Shown here one piece after another: positions 1-8,670 of a DNA stretch of 64,000 nucleotides. The notes beneath the pieces are model-generated. The model saw nothing but the letters and a program-made list of their open reading frames with translations, was not told the origin of the DNA and did not search any database. Position numbers and translations under genes: made by a program. Origin of the DNA: Spirochaetales bacterium (GTDB taxonomy: Bacteria > Spirochaetota > Spirochaetia > JABEVK01); assembly GCA_037142615.1 (NCBI GenBank), contig JBAXAI010000006.1:32001-96000 (forward strand), given 5' to 3'. Each line of letters opens with the position of its first letter. Positions within the stretch are counted from its first letter, which is position 1.

Positions 1-508
1 TAAACTTCAGCAACAGGCTGTCGCCGGGTTGGACACCCAAGCGGGTCGCTGTGCTTGAATTGAGCACCACCTGCCCCAGGCCCAAGCTCGAGGGAAGGGT
101 TCCCGCGGTGGCGGTCAGGCCGTCGCGAACGTCGGCCTCCCTTTCCCATTCGAGGCCAATCAAGCGGGTTTGCGACGACTTTGAGCCGAAAATCAGCGTT
201 GTTTCGACGGTGGATCGACGATGGAAGGATTTGACGAGGTCGCCTTGGGTGGCCACAGCGGCCTCGAGCTCAGCGGACGGCGTGAGCGCCGAGACGATCT
301 TCCCATTGGCATTCCACACCTCGGCCTTGATAAACACATGGCCGCCATGCACACGGGACATGTTTTCCTTGAGGCCAGCAGCCATGCCGCCGGTCAGGCC
401 CACCAAAAGGGCGACGGCCGCAAAACCGAGGGCCACGGCGGCGGCCAAGAGACTCGTCCGGCGTTTCTGGCGGACGAGGTTTCGAAAAGCGAGAGCAATC
501 AGGTTCAC
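1..508 (-). CDS. ABC transporter permease, FtsX/LolE-MacB family (partial, runs off window start)
   Basis: Not in the ORF track. GTG at 508 with AAGGAG RBS; translation MNLIALAFRNLVRQKRRTSLLAAAVALG... is the typical 'A.RNL.R..RRT' N-terminus of LolE/FtsX permeases; it directly follows a paralog. Confidence 0.8.
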   Translation of the reverse strand, partial: MNLIALAFRNLVRQKRRTSLLAAAVALGFAAVALLVGLTGGMAAGLKENMSRVHGGHVFIKAEVWNANGKIVSALTPSAELEAAVATQGDLVKSFHRRSTVETTLIFGSKSSQTRLIGLEWEREADVRDGLTATAGTLPSSLGLGQVVLNSSTATRLGVQPGDSLLLKF

Positions 509-523
509 AGGAATCTCCTTGGA

Positions 524-1957
524 TTAGTCACTCTGGATCGCCTTGAGGGGGCTCAGGCGCAGCGCGGTTTGCGCGGGGTACAACCCGGCCATCAGCGCGA
601 CGGCCACCATTTGGGCCCAAGCCAGCAACGAGCCGAGGGGCGAGAGCACCGGTTTGACCTGCTTGCCCGAGAACAGCATCTGCAAAAAGACCGAGTCGAC
701 CGTGAGCCCGACCAGGTTGGTTAACCCCAGCACGAGCCAGGCGAGGGCGACGCCCACGGCCCCAGCGCCCACGCCCAGAAACAGCACTTCGAGCAAAATG
801 AGGTTGCGGATGACCCGTCGCCGCCCGCCCAAGGCCCGCATGGTGCCGATTTCGGAGGTTCGTTCCGACACCGAGATCAGAAGCGCGTTGGTAACGATGA
901 ACACCGCCACCAGAGCGATGATCAGGATCACCAAGCTGAAGGCCGACTTCATGGCTACTACGGGGGTGGCGCTTCTTCCGGCACCCACAAGCCAGTCTTG
1001 CACCTGCACCTCAGCGCCCGCCTGAGCCAACGCTTTCGACAAAATTTGCCGCGCGGCCTCGGAATCCACGCCGTTTTTGAGGCCCACGGTGACGATCTCC
1101 CACGCCTGAGGGTCGGCGGTGAGGGCCACCGGTCGTCCGATACCCCCGGAGGTGATGCTGTCGAGATTGATGCCCGAGGAACCGGCGAGGTCGGGCGAAT
1201 CGCCAGAGAACAACGCGTCCTCGTCGATTATCTCGGCGTTCGCCGTTGTGGCCGAAGCTTCGAGGGTGTAGCCCTTGAGCAACCGAAGGCTGTCGCTGTC
1301 GCACCAACCGATGCGCGACAGTGGCCCCTGCTCCACGGGTTCGGTCGTGATGCCCGTCAGCGGCAGTTCCACGATCTTGCCCCCGGCCACGGCCAGCGAA
1401 ACGTTGAGGGTGTCGCCGATCCCCCGAGTGGTTCCCGCCCGCTTGTTGAGCGACGCGAGGGTGTCGGCGTTCAAAATCAGCCCCCGGTCGCCCGGTTTCC
1501 AGTAACCGCCTTGCTCAAAGGTGAGGGTCTGGGGAAAAGCCGCCTGGTAACGGTCCGGGTCAATCCCGAGCACCTGAATCATGCCGCTGGCCTTTTCGCC
1601 CACGAGGAGCAACACGGGGGCGACGTTTTGCCCGCTCCAATGGGCCACCACGGGCGACGCGTTCAGCACCGTTTCGACGGTGGAAAAACCCGAGAGGGGC
1701 AGCACCGTTTCGGCATCAGGCCCGGGGTCGGACCCAAAGACGGTGATGGAAGCCTTGGTGGGCGCCGCCAGAAACAGGTCGCCGGTGTACTTGTCGCGGT
1801 ACGACTGGCGCAAGCCTTCGGTGGCCGCGTCGAGAAAGCCATTGCCCACGATGACCAGGGCCAGACCCAGCGCCATGATGCCACCGACGCTCAGGGTTCG
1901 CCGCCGGTGTTCGGCCAGGTTCCGGTGGGCAACCGTCCACAGCACCGGCCATTTCAT
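524..1957 (-). CDS. ABC transporter permease, FtsX/LolE-MacB family
   Basis: N-terminal 'AHRNLAEHRRRT' plus TM helix, large periplasmic domain, C-terminal 'ERTSEIGTMRALG' FtsX motif and 3 TMs. Confidence 0.9.
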   Translation of the reverse strand: MKWPVLWTVAHRNLAEHRRRTLSVGGIMALGLALVIVGNGFLDAATEGLRQSYRDKYTGDLFLAAPTKASITVFGSDPGPDAETVLPLSGFSTVETVLNASPVVAHWSGQNVAPVLLLVGEKASGMIQVLGIDPDRYQAAFPQTLTFEQGGYWKPGDRGLILNADTLASLNKRAGTTRGIGDTLNVSLAVAGGKIVELPLTGITTEPVEQGPLSRIGWCDSDSLRLLKGYTLEASATTANAEIIDEDALFSGDSPDLAGSSGINLDSITSGGIGRPVALTADPQAWEIVTVGLKNGVDSEAARQILSKALAQAGAEVQVQDWLVGAGRSATPVVAMKSAFSLVILIIALVAVFIVTNALLISVSERTSEIGTMRALGGRRRVIRNLILLEVLFLGVGAGAVGVALAWLVLGLTNLVGLTVDSVFLQMLFSGKQVKPVLSPLGSLLAWAQMVAVALMAGLYPAQTALRLSPLKAIQSD

Positions 1958-2664
1958 CGCACGAATCCCGGGACGAGGGAGTTTTCGACCACCACGCCGT
2001 CGAGGATGCGGATCACGTGGTCGGCCACGTCGACGATCCGCTGGTCGTGGGTCGAGAAGATGAAGGTGGTCCCCAGCTCATGGCTGATCCGTTTCATCAG
2101 GTCGATGATGGCCTCGCCGGTCTTGGAGTCGAGGTTGGCGGTGGGTTCGTCGGCCATGACGATGCGGGGCCGGTTCACCAGCGAGCGGGCGATGGCGACC
2201 CGCTGGCGCTGGCCACCGGAAAGCTCGTTGGGCCTGTGCAGCCGCCAGTCGGACAGCCCCACCGCCTCGATCAGATGGTCGATCCATTGCTGGTCGGGTG
2301 CGGGCCGTCGGCCGGTGCCAATCAGAAGCGGAAACTCCACGTTTTCGCGCACCGAGAGCACCGGAATCAGGTTGAACGACTGGAAGATGAACCCGATGAC
2401 CTGGTGGCGCAGGTCGGTGATCTGGTCGTCGCCCAGGCTGCGGGTCGACACGCCTTCGAGGAACACTTCGCCCTCGGTGGGGGTGTCGAGGCAGCCCAGC
2501 AGGTTGAGCAGCGTGGTCTTTCCGGAGCCCGAAGGCCCCGCGATCGAGATAAAATCGCCCCGGCTCAGGTCAAAATCGATGCCCCGCAGGGCCCAGACTT
2601 CGGTCTTGCCAAGAGGGTACATCTTTTTGACCCCCCGGACGGAAACGACAGGTTCAGTATTCAT
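1954..2664 (-). CDS. ABC transporter ATP-binding protein (LolD/MacB-like)
   Basis: Walker A GPSGSGKT, signature LSGGQRQR, Walker B IVMADEPTANLD; ATG 2664 preceded by GGAGGT. Confidence 0.95.
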   Translation of the reverse strand: MNTEPVVSVRGVKKMYPLGKTEVWALRGIDFDLSRGDFISIAGPSGSGKTTLLNLLGCLDTPTEGEVFLEGVSTRSLGDDQITDLRHQVIGFIFQSFNLIPVLSVRENVEFPLLIGTGRRPAPDQQWIDHLIEAVGLSDWRLHRPNELSGGQRQRVAIARSLVNRPRIVMADEPTANLDSKTGEAIIDLMKRISHELGTTFIFSTHDQRIVDVADHVIRILDGVVVENSLVPGFVR

Positions 2665-2687
2665 GTCACCTCCCGTGTACAGGAAGG

Positions 2688-2740
2688 ACATTACTGCCAG
2701 AAAACGGTGCGATCGACCGCCCCGCTCCGTTCGGACGCTT
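2688..2740 (-). promoter_or_regulatory. Putative AraC-activated promoter: 27-bp box (2714-2740) with -10 TAATGT 20 nt downstream
   Basis: Box is 23/27 identical to the one at 4326-4352, with identical 20-nt spacing to a -10-like hexamer. Confidence 0.6.
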
Positions 2741-4282
2741 CTACCGGGTCAGCCTCAAGTACGGGCCGTCGTGCACCACCTCCCTGAGGGTCTCAGTTGG
2801 CCTTGGCGGCGCACCGGGTGGCCGGGCACCGGGTGGCGGTTCCCCAGGCGGCTGTCCACCCGGCGGTGGCCCTCCGGGCGGTGGTCCTCCTGCCTGTGGC
2901 CCACCGCGTCCGACCAGCTCGGTCCGTCCGGTTTTGACGTCGAGGAACAGGTAGTCTTCGCCCTCTTCCCGGTCTTCCGGGAGGAACGACTCGGCCTGGG
3001 CAATGTGAACCCGCAGCCACCAGGCACTCCACCATTCGGTGCCGTGTTCGGTGACGATGGTCGTGTGTGCCGGGTCCTTCAACAGCGGAGCCAGACTCTT
3101 GAGTTCCGCCATGGCCGGAGCATCGAGCACGGGTTGGCCACCTTGGGTGATCACGGGCAAGCTGGTCACCAGGCCAGCCGCAATTGCAACACCCAAAAGG
3201 GTTCGGCGCCACCAGGCGCGCGCCAGGTGGAGAACGGCAAAACCCAGCAACACCAGTGTGGGCAAGAGCGCGATCAGGCTGAACCGAAGTTCCTTGTCGG
3301 ACCCGAACCACGGCCCGGTGATCAGAAGAACCGTGACCGCTGACCCGACCACCAACGCCAGGTCGGCGGGCTCAAGTTCGCGTCGTCGCTTCCAGACAAG
3401 GACAAGCGCAGGCAACACGGCCAACGAAAACGCCGCGAAGGTCCACCAGGTTTCCAGAAAGGATTTGCCGCTGGGCACCGTGGGACCTTGCCTCCCGTCG
3501 GAAGCGAACGACGAGGGATTGCTGAAGGCCGTTACGAGGCGCTCGATGCGGTCCGGGTCGAACTTCCAGGCCACCAGGGCCGAAGTGGCCGCGAGGATTA
3601 CCAGGCCTGCCAGAATCCACGGCAGGTAGTTCCCGAGTTTCAACTGGCGGCCTTGGCGGATACCAAACACCAGCAAGGTGGCACCGATCAGCACCACCGC
3701 GACGCCCAGTACCCCGATGTGAGTCAGCCCCAGCGGCACCAGGCACACCAGCAAGGCTGCACGCCGTCGGCGCGTGGGCGTGTGCAGCCAGTCCCGCAAC
3801 AGCAGCATCAACAGCGCCAAAAACACCAGCGCCAGCGAGTTTTTTTGCAGCTCACCGACGATGAGCAGCCACGGGAGGGCCAGCACCGACAACGCCGCAC
3901 CGACGAGCGGCACCCCGTCGCCCCGACCCAGGCTTGGCGCCCAGCGCCGAAGCAGAAAAAACACCGGCAGCGCCACCAGAACGGGCAGGACGGCATCGCA
4001 CAGTTTGACGGCCAGCAGGATGGCGTCGGAACTGGTCATCCAACCCGGCAAGGGCAGAACGCCGGCGAGGGCCGCCTGCACGCCGAAGGTGAGCGGCATA
4101 TCGGGCAGACCCAAGGTTCCCCGCTCCAGCAGCGCCCGCGTCTGGATCAAATAGTAGGCGCCGTTCACGCCGGGCATATCGGGCGTGCTGAACAGCAGCC
4201 ACGCCCGCGCGGCCACGGCGAGCAACAGAAGGGCGGTCAGAATCACCGGGGTCAGGTTCACGTTCGGATGGTGGGATTTCAT
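2741..4282 (-). CDS. Polytopic membrane protein (possibly GT-C/PMT-like glycosyltransferase) with Pro/Gly-rich C-terminal repeats
   Basis: About 12 hydrophobic segments; first loop 'PGVNGAYY' after TM1 as in GT-C-fold proteins; soluble C-terminal domain; ATG 4282 with GGAG RBS. Confidence 0.55.
   Translation of the reverse strand: MKSHHPNVNLTPVILTALLLLAVAARAWLLFSTPDMPGVNGAYYLIQTRALLERGTLGLPDMPLTFGVQAALAGVLPLPGWMTSSDAILLAVKLCDAVLPVLVALPVFFLLRRWAPSLGRGDGVPLVGAALSVLALPWLLIVGELQKNSLALVFLALLMLLLRDWLHTPTRRRRAALLVCLVPLGLTHIGVLGVAVVLIGATLLVFGIRQGRQLKLGNYLPWILAGLVILAATSALVAWKFDPDRIERLVTAFSNPSSFASDGRQGPTVPSGKSFLETWWTFAAFSLAVLPALVLVWKRRRELEPADLALVVGSAVTVLLITGPWFGSDKELRFSLIALLPTLVLLGFAVLHLARAWWRRTLLGVAIAAGLVTSLPVITQGGQPVLDAPAMAELKSLAPLLKDPAHTTIVTEHGTEWWSAWWLRVHIAQAESFLPEDREEGEDYLFLDVKTGRTELVGRGGPQAGGPPPGGPPPGGQPPGEPPPGARPPGAPPRPTETLREVVHDGPYLRLTR
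2803..2905 (-). repeat. Degenerate 15-bp tandem repeat encoding (G/P) pentapeptides GGPQA-GGPPP-GGPPP-GGQPP-GEPPP-GARPP-GAPPR
   Basis: Visible in the DNA and in the translation of the 2741-4282 CDS. Confidence 0.8.
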
Positions 4283-4299
4283 GGTCAACTCCAGGTCCG

Positions 4300-4352
4300 A
4301 CTGTACCAACAAGCGGTGGAGCCCGCGACCGCCCCGCTAAGGTCGGACTCTT
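4300..4352 (-). promoter_or_regulatory. Putative AraC-activated promoter: 27-bp box (4326-4352) with -10 TACAGT
   Basis: Second copy of the box at 2714-2740; overlaps the stop codon of the upstream CDS. Confidence 0.6.
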
Positions 4353-5101
4353 TCGCGCTCGAGTTCGGCGGCCTTTCGCAGCGATACAGCGCCGACCCGG
4401 GTCAGGCGGGAACCGTCGGGCACTTTGGTGCCGCGCCGAACGTAGCTGCCAAGGCCGATGACGCAGTTGCGGCCGATGGAGACGCCGGGGGCAATGTAGC
4501 AGTTCGCACCGATCAACGTTCCGGAACCGATCACGATCCGGTCGAGAATAAGGTGGTCCTGTTCCCAAAGGTGGCAGGAAATCTCGGCTCCGCCACCGAT
4601 CGTAACGTTGTCGCCCAGTTCCAGCAGGTACGCATCGTTGAGCATGAACGCATTCAAATAGCAGTTCTTCCCCATGCGGCAACCGGTCAGCAAGAAGAAC
4701 ATGTTGCTGAACCAACTGACGGGAATCAGGGGCAAAACCAAGCGGTAGGCCATGGTCGTGATGCCCGAAGCGATGAGCCAGCGCACAGTCGTGAGTGAGG
4801 CCTTGGGGTACTTGCCGGGCTTGAACCCGAGGGTCAAAAGCCTCACCAGGCTACCCATGATCACCGTCGAGGCCATCAGAAACACGAAGTACGCGGCGCC
4901 GAGACTCAAGCCGACCAGCAAGACCCTTCCGACTTCCACGGGCGCACCCAAGGGCAACCAGGTCTGCCAGGCCCAAAGAGCCACGGCCAGCGGCGGTGTG
5001 AAGCAGAGCCCCAAAACGACCGCGTAGACGGCGTAGACCACGATGGCCAAAACCAACTGAACAGGTTGAGAGGCGGCAATACGCTCCAGAAGTGTGCTCA
5101 T
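4337..5101 (-). CDS. Membrane-anchored hexapeptide-repeat (left-handed beta-helix) acyltransferase
   Basis: Two to three N-terminal TM helices, then hexapeptide repeats (GCRMGKNCY, LELGDNVTIGG, IGSGTLIGANCYIAPGVSIGRNCVIG). Confidence 0.8.
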   Translation of the reverse strand: MSTLLERIAASQPVQLVLAIVVYAVYAVVLGLCFTPPLAVALWAWQTWLPLGAPVEVGRVLLVGLSLGAAYFVFLMASTVIMGSLVRLLTLGFKPGKYPKASLTTVRWLIASGITTMAYRLVLPLIPVSWFSNMFFLLTGCRMGKNCYLNAFMLNDAYLLELGDNVTIGGGAEISCHLWEQDHLILDRIVIGSGTLIGANCYIAPGVSIGRNCVIGLGSYVRRGTKVPDGSRLTRVGAVSLRKAAELERERVRP

Positions 5102-5121
5102 CTGTCCAGTCTAGGTCCGAC

Positions 5122-6342
5122 TCAAGGCCAAAGCAAGCACGGTAGCGGCTCCAGCCCTTCGGCCCCCAGCCTCTCCAGAAGCGACGTTTCGAGAGCATCG
5201 CTCACCAGAACGCTGCCGAAAGAGAGGACGAGGCGCCCCTGGTAGCTGACGACCCCGACGTTGGTGCCGGTCCGCTGGGAAGCCCCTGGCAGAAAGGCCA
5301 AGGAACGCACAAAAGAGGCCACGCCCGGTGGCAGCTCAACGGCGCCGAGATTGGAAAGGTGCGAGGTGATGGCCGACTCCCCGAAAACGCCATAGAACAC
5401 CCGCCGAAGCGGGTTGAGCAGAACGCGTGGGAGCAGGTGAAAGCCGATAAACCGGGCCGCCCAGACGTTCCGTGCCACCTGCCGGGACAGCTGATCCGGA
5501 GACTTCTGAGTTTGGAGGGCAAGCCTGACGCGGCTGCAAATCACGTCGAAAGGCGTGGGCTCCTGAGACCAAGGCAGCGACGCGAGAAGCACGCCACTGA
5601 AGTTTCGCAGCGAGATCGAAGGGAACGACCGCCTGAGGTCAGCGGGAACCATCAGCGTGAGAGGTAGCCGCCGTGACTTCGCCTCGCGCCCGAGGGCCAA
5701 CCGAAGGTCTTCCAGGGCCCCCAGTTGCACCGAGGCCAAGTACTCGGTGATGCTCAAGCCAAACCGCGAGGCGCACTCGCGAACCTTCTCGGCAGACATG
5801 CTGACTCCGGAAGCACGGTAGTCAGGACCCGGCAAGCGTTCGCCAGGAACTCGCCAGGCTTTGGCGTAGGGTTCGGGCCACGCCACGCCGGGGCGGTAGT
5901 TCCGCACATAGGAGTCGACCCATTCCTCGGGACGGTAAGGCTCGTTCGGACTCAGAAGCAGGTACTCGGCGAGAACGTCCTTGAGCAACACGAGCGCTCC
6001 AAACCCGTCGCTGAGCACGTGCGACATTTCGAGGGCCAGAACAGCTCCCCGGACACGAAAACGGACCAAAGGCGTGCCCGGAACGTGGATGTCGGCGCCC
6101 TTGCAGGGAACGGGGCCGTCGTCCTCGACGAGCGGTGGCCTGGGCAGGGGCTGCAGGGTCCAGCCCGACCAGGTCTTGGCGAGCTGAACGTAAAACTGAG
6201 AATAGCGCGTGGACAACCGGTCGACCGCCCGTTGAAGCAGCGACCTCTCGAGGACATCAGTAAGCTCGGCGGTCAACCGGAAGAAGGTCGTGTTGTGGTG
6301 GTCAGTGACCGCGGGCATGATGGTTCCAGCTGTGTCGAGCAC
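5122..6342 (-). CDS. CoA-dependent acyltransferase (alcohol acetyltransferase / condensation-like fold)
   Basis: HxxxDG catalytic motif (HVLSDGFG), 'PADLRRSFPSISLRNF' and 'SNLG' motifs; GTG start with GAGGAGG RBS. Confidence 0.8.
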   Translation of the reverse strand: MLDTAGTIMPAVTDHHNTTFFRLTAELTDVLERSLLQRAVDRLSTRYSQFYVQLAKTWSGWTLQPLPRPPLVEDDGPVPCKGADIHVPGTPLVRFRVRGAVLALEMSHVLSDGFGALVLLKDVLAEYLLLSPNEPYRPEEWVDSYVRNYRPGVAWPEPYAKAWRVPGERLPGPDYRASGVSMSAEKVRECASRFGLSITEYLASVQLGALEDLRLALGREAKSRRLPLTLMVPADLRRSFPSISLRNFSGVLLASLPWSQEPTPFDVICSRVRLALQTQKSPDQLSRQVARNVWAARFIGFHLLPRVLLNPLRRVFYGVFGESAITSHLSNLGAVELPPGVASFVRSLAFLPGASQRTGTNVGVVSYQGRLVLSFGSVLVSDALETSLLERLGAEGLEPLPCLLWP

Positions 6343-6376
6343 GGTGACCTCCTCGCCTAAGCATAGTGCTGATTCC

Positions 6377-7480
6377 CTAAGTTCGGACGCTTTTGCGGTA
6401 CGCGGAGGGCGTGGTGCCCAAAATGCTCTTGAACGCCTCGTTGAACGTAGACTTCGAGTTGAAGCCCGCGTCGAGAGCGACCCCCAAGAGCGACAGCCGG
6501 TCGGCCTCGCCCTCGGCGATCTTGCGTTTCACTTCTTCGATGCGGTACTCGTTGACGAAGCGGTAGAAATTTTTGCCCAGCGTCTCGTTGATCACCTGGG
6601 TGACGTGGTGCCGCGAAACGGCGAGCGCTGCCGACAGGTTCTCGATGGTGAGCTCGGGGTCGAGCCACGGTTGGGCCGTGCGCATGTGCGCCTCCAGGCG
6701 GGCCAGCAGCACCGGGCTTTCCTGACCGCCCAGGCCGGAGCGTTCGTACTTTTTGGGTGGTGGCCCGGTGTTTTCCGCGCGGAACAGGGCGGGCTGTTTG
6801 ATCGCCCCGAAGCCGAAAACCACTGCGAAAAACAGCGTGCCGACATCGCGCAGGTACGACAGATCGGTCGGGACGGCGGCCCGAGGGATAAGTGCGAGTT
6901 CCCCGAGAATCGCCAACGCATAGGCCACGAAAAACCCCAGGGTGATCCAACCCAACCACTTGAGGTTGGTGTCGAGGGAGTCGTGCGAAAAGTAGTCTTT
7001 GACGCCTTGGCGGTAGTGCCGCAGCTTGACGGCGATCCACAACGTGTAGGCAAGAAACGAGCCGACCAAGACCACGCTGACAATCGCACCCAGAACGTCG
7101 AAGGCGGGGACGCCCGACGTTGCCGGAAACGACTCGGGCGGAGGACCCGGCGGTGCCAGCGCCAAGAAGGCCACGGAGCCGACAAACGGAACAAAGTGCC
7201 CCACCGTCTGCGCGGCCCCCAGACGGTGGGGCTCAATCACGCTGCGCGCGTACAGGTACAGCAGCGGACCAAAGGCCAACGGTGCGCCGGAAAGCACGGC
7301 CCTTTGAAGGTGCGGTAGCGGTAAGGTGCCGCTGAGAACGAGCTTTTCCAGCATCGGCAGGACCAAGGCCGCCAGGAGTCCCACGGCGATGGTCTCGGAA
7401 CTCGTCAGCGGCCGTTTGGCCAGCAACAGCAGGCACGAGAACAGGGCGATGGAACTGCCGGCGACAATCACGAACTCCAT
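6377..7480 (-). CDS. Membrane-anchored AraC-family transcriptional regulator
   Basis: About 7 TM helices followed by AraC HTH (NFYRFVNEYRIEE...AGFNSKSTFNEAFK...GTTPSAYR). Confidence 0.9.
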   Translation of the reverse strand: MEFVIVAGSSIALFSCLLLLAKRPLTSSETIAVGLLAALVLPMLEKLVLSGTLPLPHLQRAVLSGAPLAFGPLLYLYARSVIEPHRLGAAQTVGHFVPFVGSVAFLALAPPGPPPESFPATSGVPAFDVLGAIVSVVLVGSFLAYTLWIAVKLRHYRQGVKDYFSHDSLDTNLKWLGWITLGFFVAYALAILGELALIPRAAVPTDLSYLRDVGTLFFAVVFGFGAIKQPALFRAENTGPPPKKYERSGLGGQESPVLLARLEAHMRTAQPWLDPELTIENLSAALAVSRHHVTQVINETLGKNFYRFVNEYRIEEVKRKIAEGEADRLSLLGVALDAGFNSKSTFNEAFKSILGTTPSAYRKSVRT

Positions 7481-7492
7481 GGGTTCGACCAG

Positions 7493-8629
7493 CTAACTCC
7501 TCTTCGGCAGAAACGGCAAGAGCAGCTCGGTCACTCGCCGGCCCATCAGCGCCTGGCCTTCAGAATTGGGATGCAGGCCGTCGGGCAACAGCGCCACGTC
7601 GCCGGGTCCAAACACCTCGAGGCCGTTCAGGTAATGCAGATGGGGATCCTCTCGCCGCACAACAATCCGCTGCAACAGTTCACGGATCATCTCCAGCGTC
7701 AGGTTGCCCACCCAAGGCTCGTCGCGGTCGGGCAGACTGCCGATTTTGCCGTTGATTCCGCCTTGCGTGGGGCCAGGATTCGTCTCGTGGGCGGGGCAGT
7801 AAATGGGCGAAATCACGACAAGCGGGATCGTGGGGTGCGTGATCCTGAGAGCGTCGAGGAACGAGTGCACGGCGGGGATGAACACCCGCCTGGTCAGATG
7901 GCTGCCGTTCACCGTGTTGATGCCCAGTTTGAGCGTGATCAGGTCGGCGGGCAACCCGGCCATCACCTGCGCCACAAACAGTTCCAGATTCGCCGACCCG
8001 GCAAGCCCGAGGCTGAACAGGTCCAGCCCCAGGTTGCGCGCCACCACCGCAGGCCACGTGCCGATGGGCTGGTCTGCCTCGGCGCCATGGCTGATCGACG
8101 AGCCGTAGTGCACCCACTTCGGCTGCGAGCGGGGAGCTGCCATCAAGGGCGCGTCGGCTTCCAGATTGATGATTTCGATGACGCAGTTGTGGGGCAGCCA
8201 CAGTTCCACCACTCGGGGTGTCGCGGTGGGTTCCAACGTGAAGACCGCCACCGAGTCTTGGCCTTTGGTGGTGCTCACGTGCACGTCCCCGTTCCACAGG
8301 CGCAGGTCGCCGTTGTCGGCGCTGACGGCTTGCGGTTCACCCGCTCCCGTCAACACGACCACACTGGGGGAACTCCGCCAGCTTCCGTCGATGAGCGCGT
8401 CGCGGGTGGAGCGGTAAGTCAGGGTGATTGTGGTGGCCCGCGTTATCAGCGCGAGGCGTGCCCCCGACGCCTGGTCGGCGACCTTTTGCGTCATCGCATC
8501 GTGGTCATGGTAATGGGCCGTGCTGTCGGGTAGACGGTGAAGCGTGAGGCCCCGGTCGCTCTGTTTGATTTGTGCGACTCCGCGCACGGCGGACTCGATC
8601 AGGTCTTGGGTAGCCGGCGACATGGTCAT
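7493..8629 (-). CDS. SGNH/GDSL-family esterase/lipase
   Basis: Block I HYGSSISHG, block II LGLAGSA, block III LGIN, block V DGLHPN. Confidence 0.9.
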   Translation of the reverse strand: MTMSPATQDLIESAVRGVAQIKQSDRGLTLHRLPDSTAHYHDHDAMTQKVADQASGARLALITRATTITLTYRSTRDALIDGSWRSSPSVVVLTGAGEPQAVSADNGDLRLWNGDVHVSTTKGQDSVAVFTLEPTATPRVVELWLPHNCVIEIINLEADAPLMAAPRSQPKWVHYGSSISHGAEADQPIGTWPAVVARNLGLDLFSLGLAGSANLELFVAQVMAGLPADLITLKLGINTVNGSHLTRRVFIPAVHSFLDALRITHPTIPLVVISPIYCPAHETNPGPTQGGINGKIGSLPDRDEPWVGNLTLEMIRELLQRIVVRREDPHLHYLNGLEVFGPGDVALLPDGLHPNSEGQALMGRRVTELLLPFLPKRS

Positions 8630-8670
8630 GCGGTTTCCTCTCTTTTTGTCTTATTTCCCGGGGCCGGTTC

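Noticed and set aside
2803-2905. GC-rich tandem repeat as CRISPR or REP array
   Set aside because: Degenerate 15-bp coding repeat with no spacers and no cas genes.
998-3343. 781-aa plus-strand ORF (likewise 18193-19947, 20158-22170, 58619-60709)
   Set aside because: Antisense to well-supported genes, with unnatural composition.
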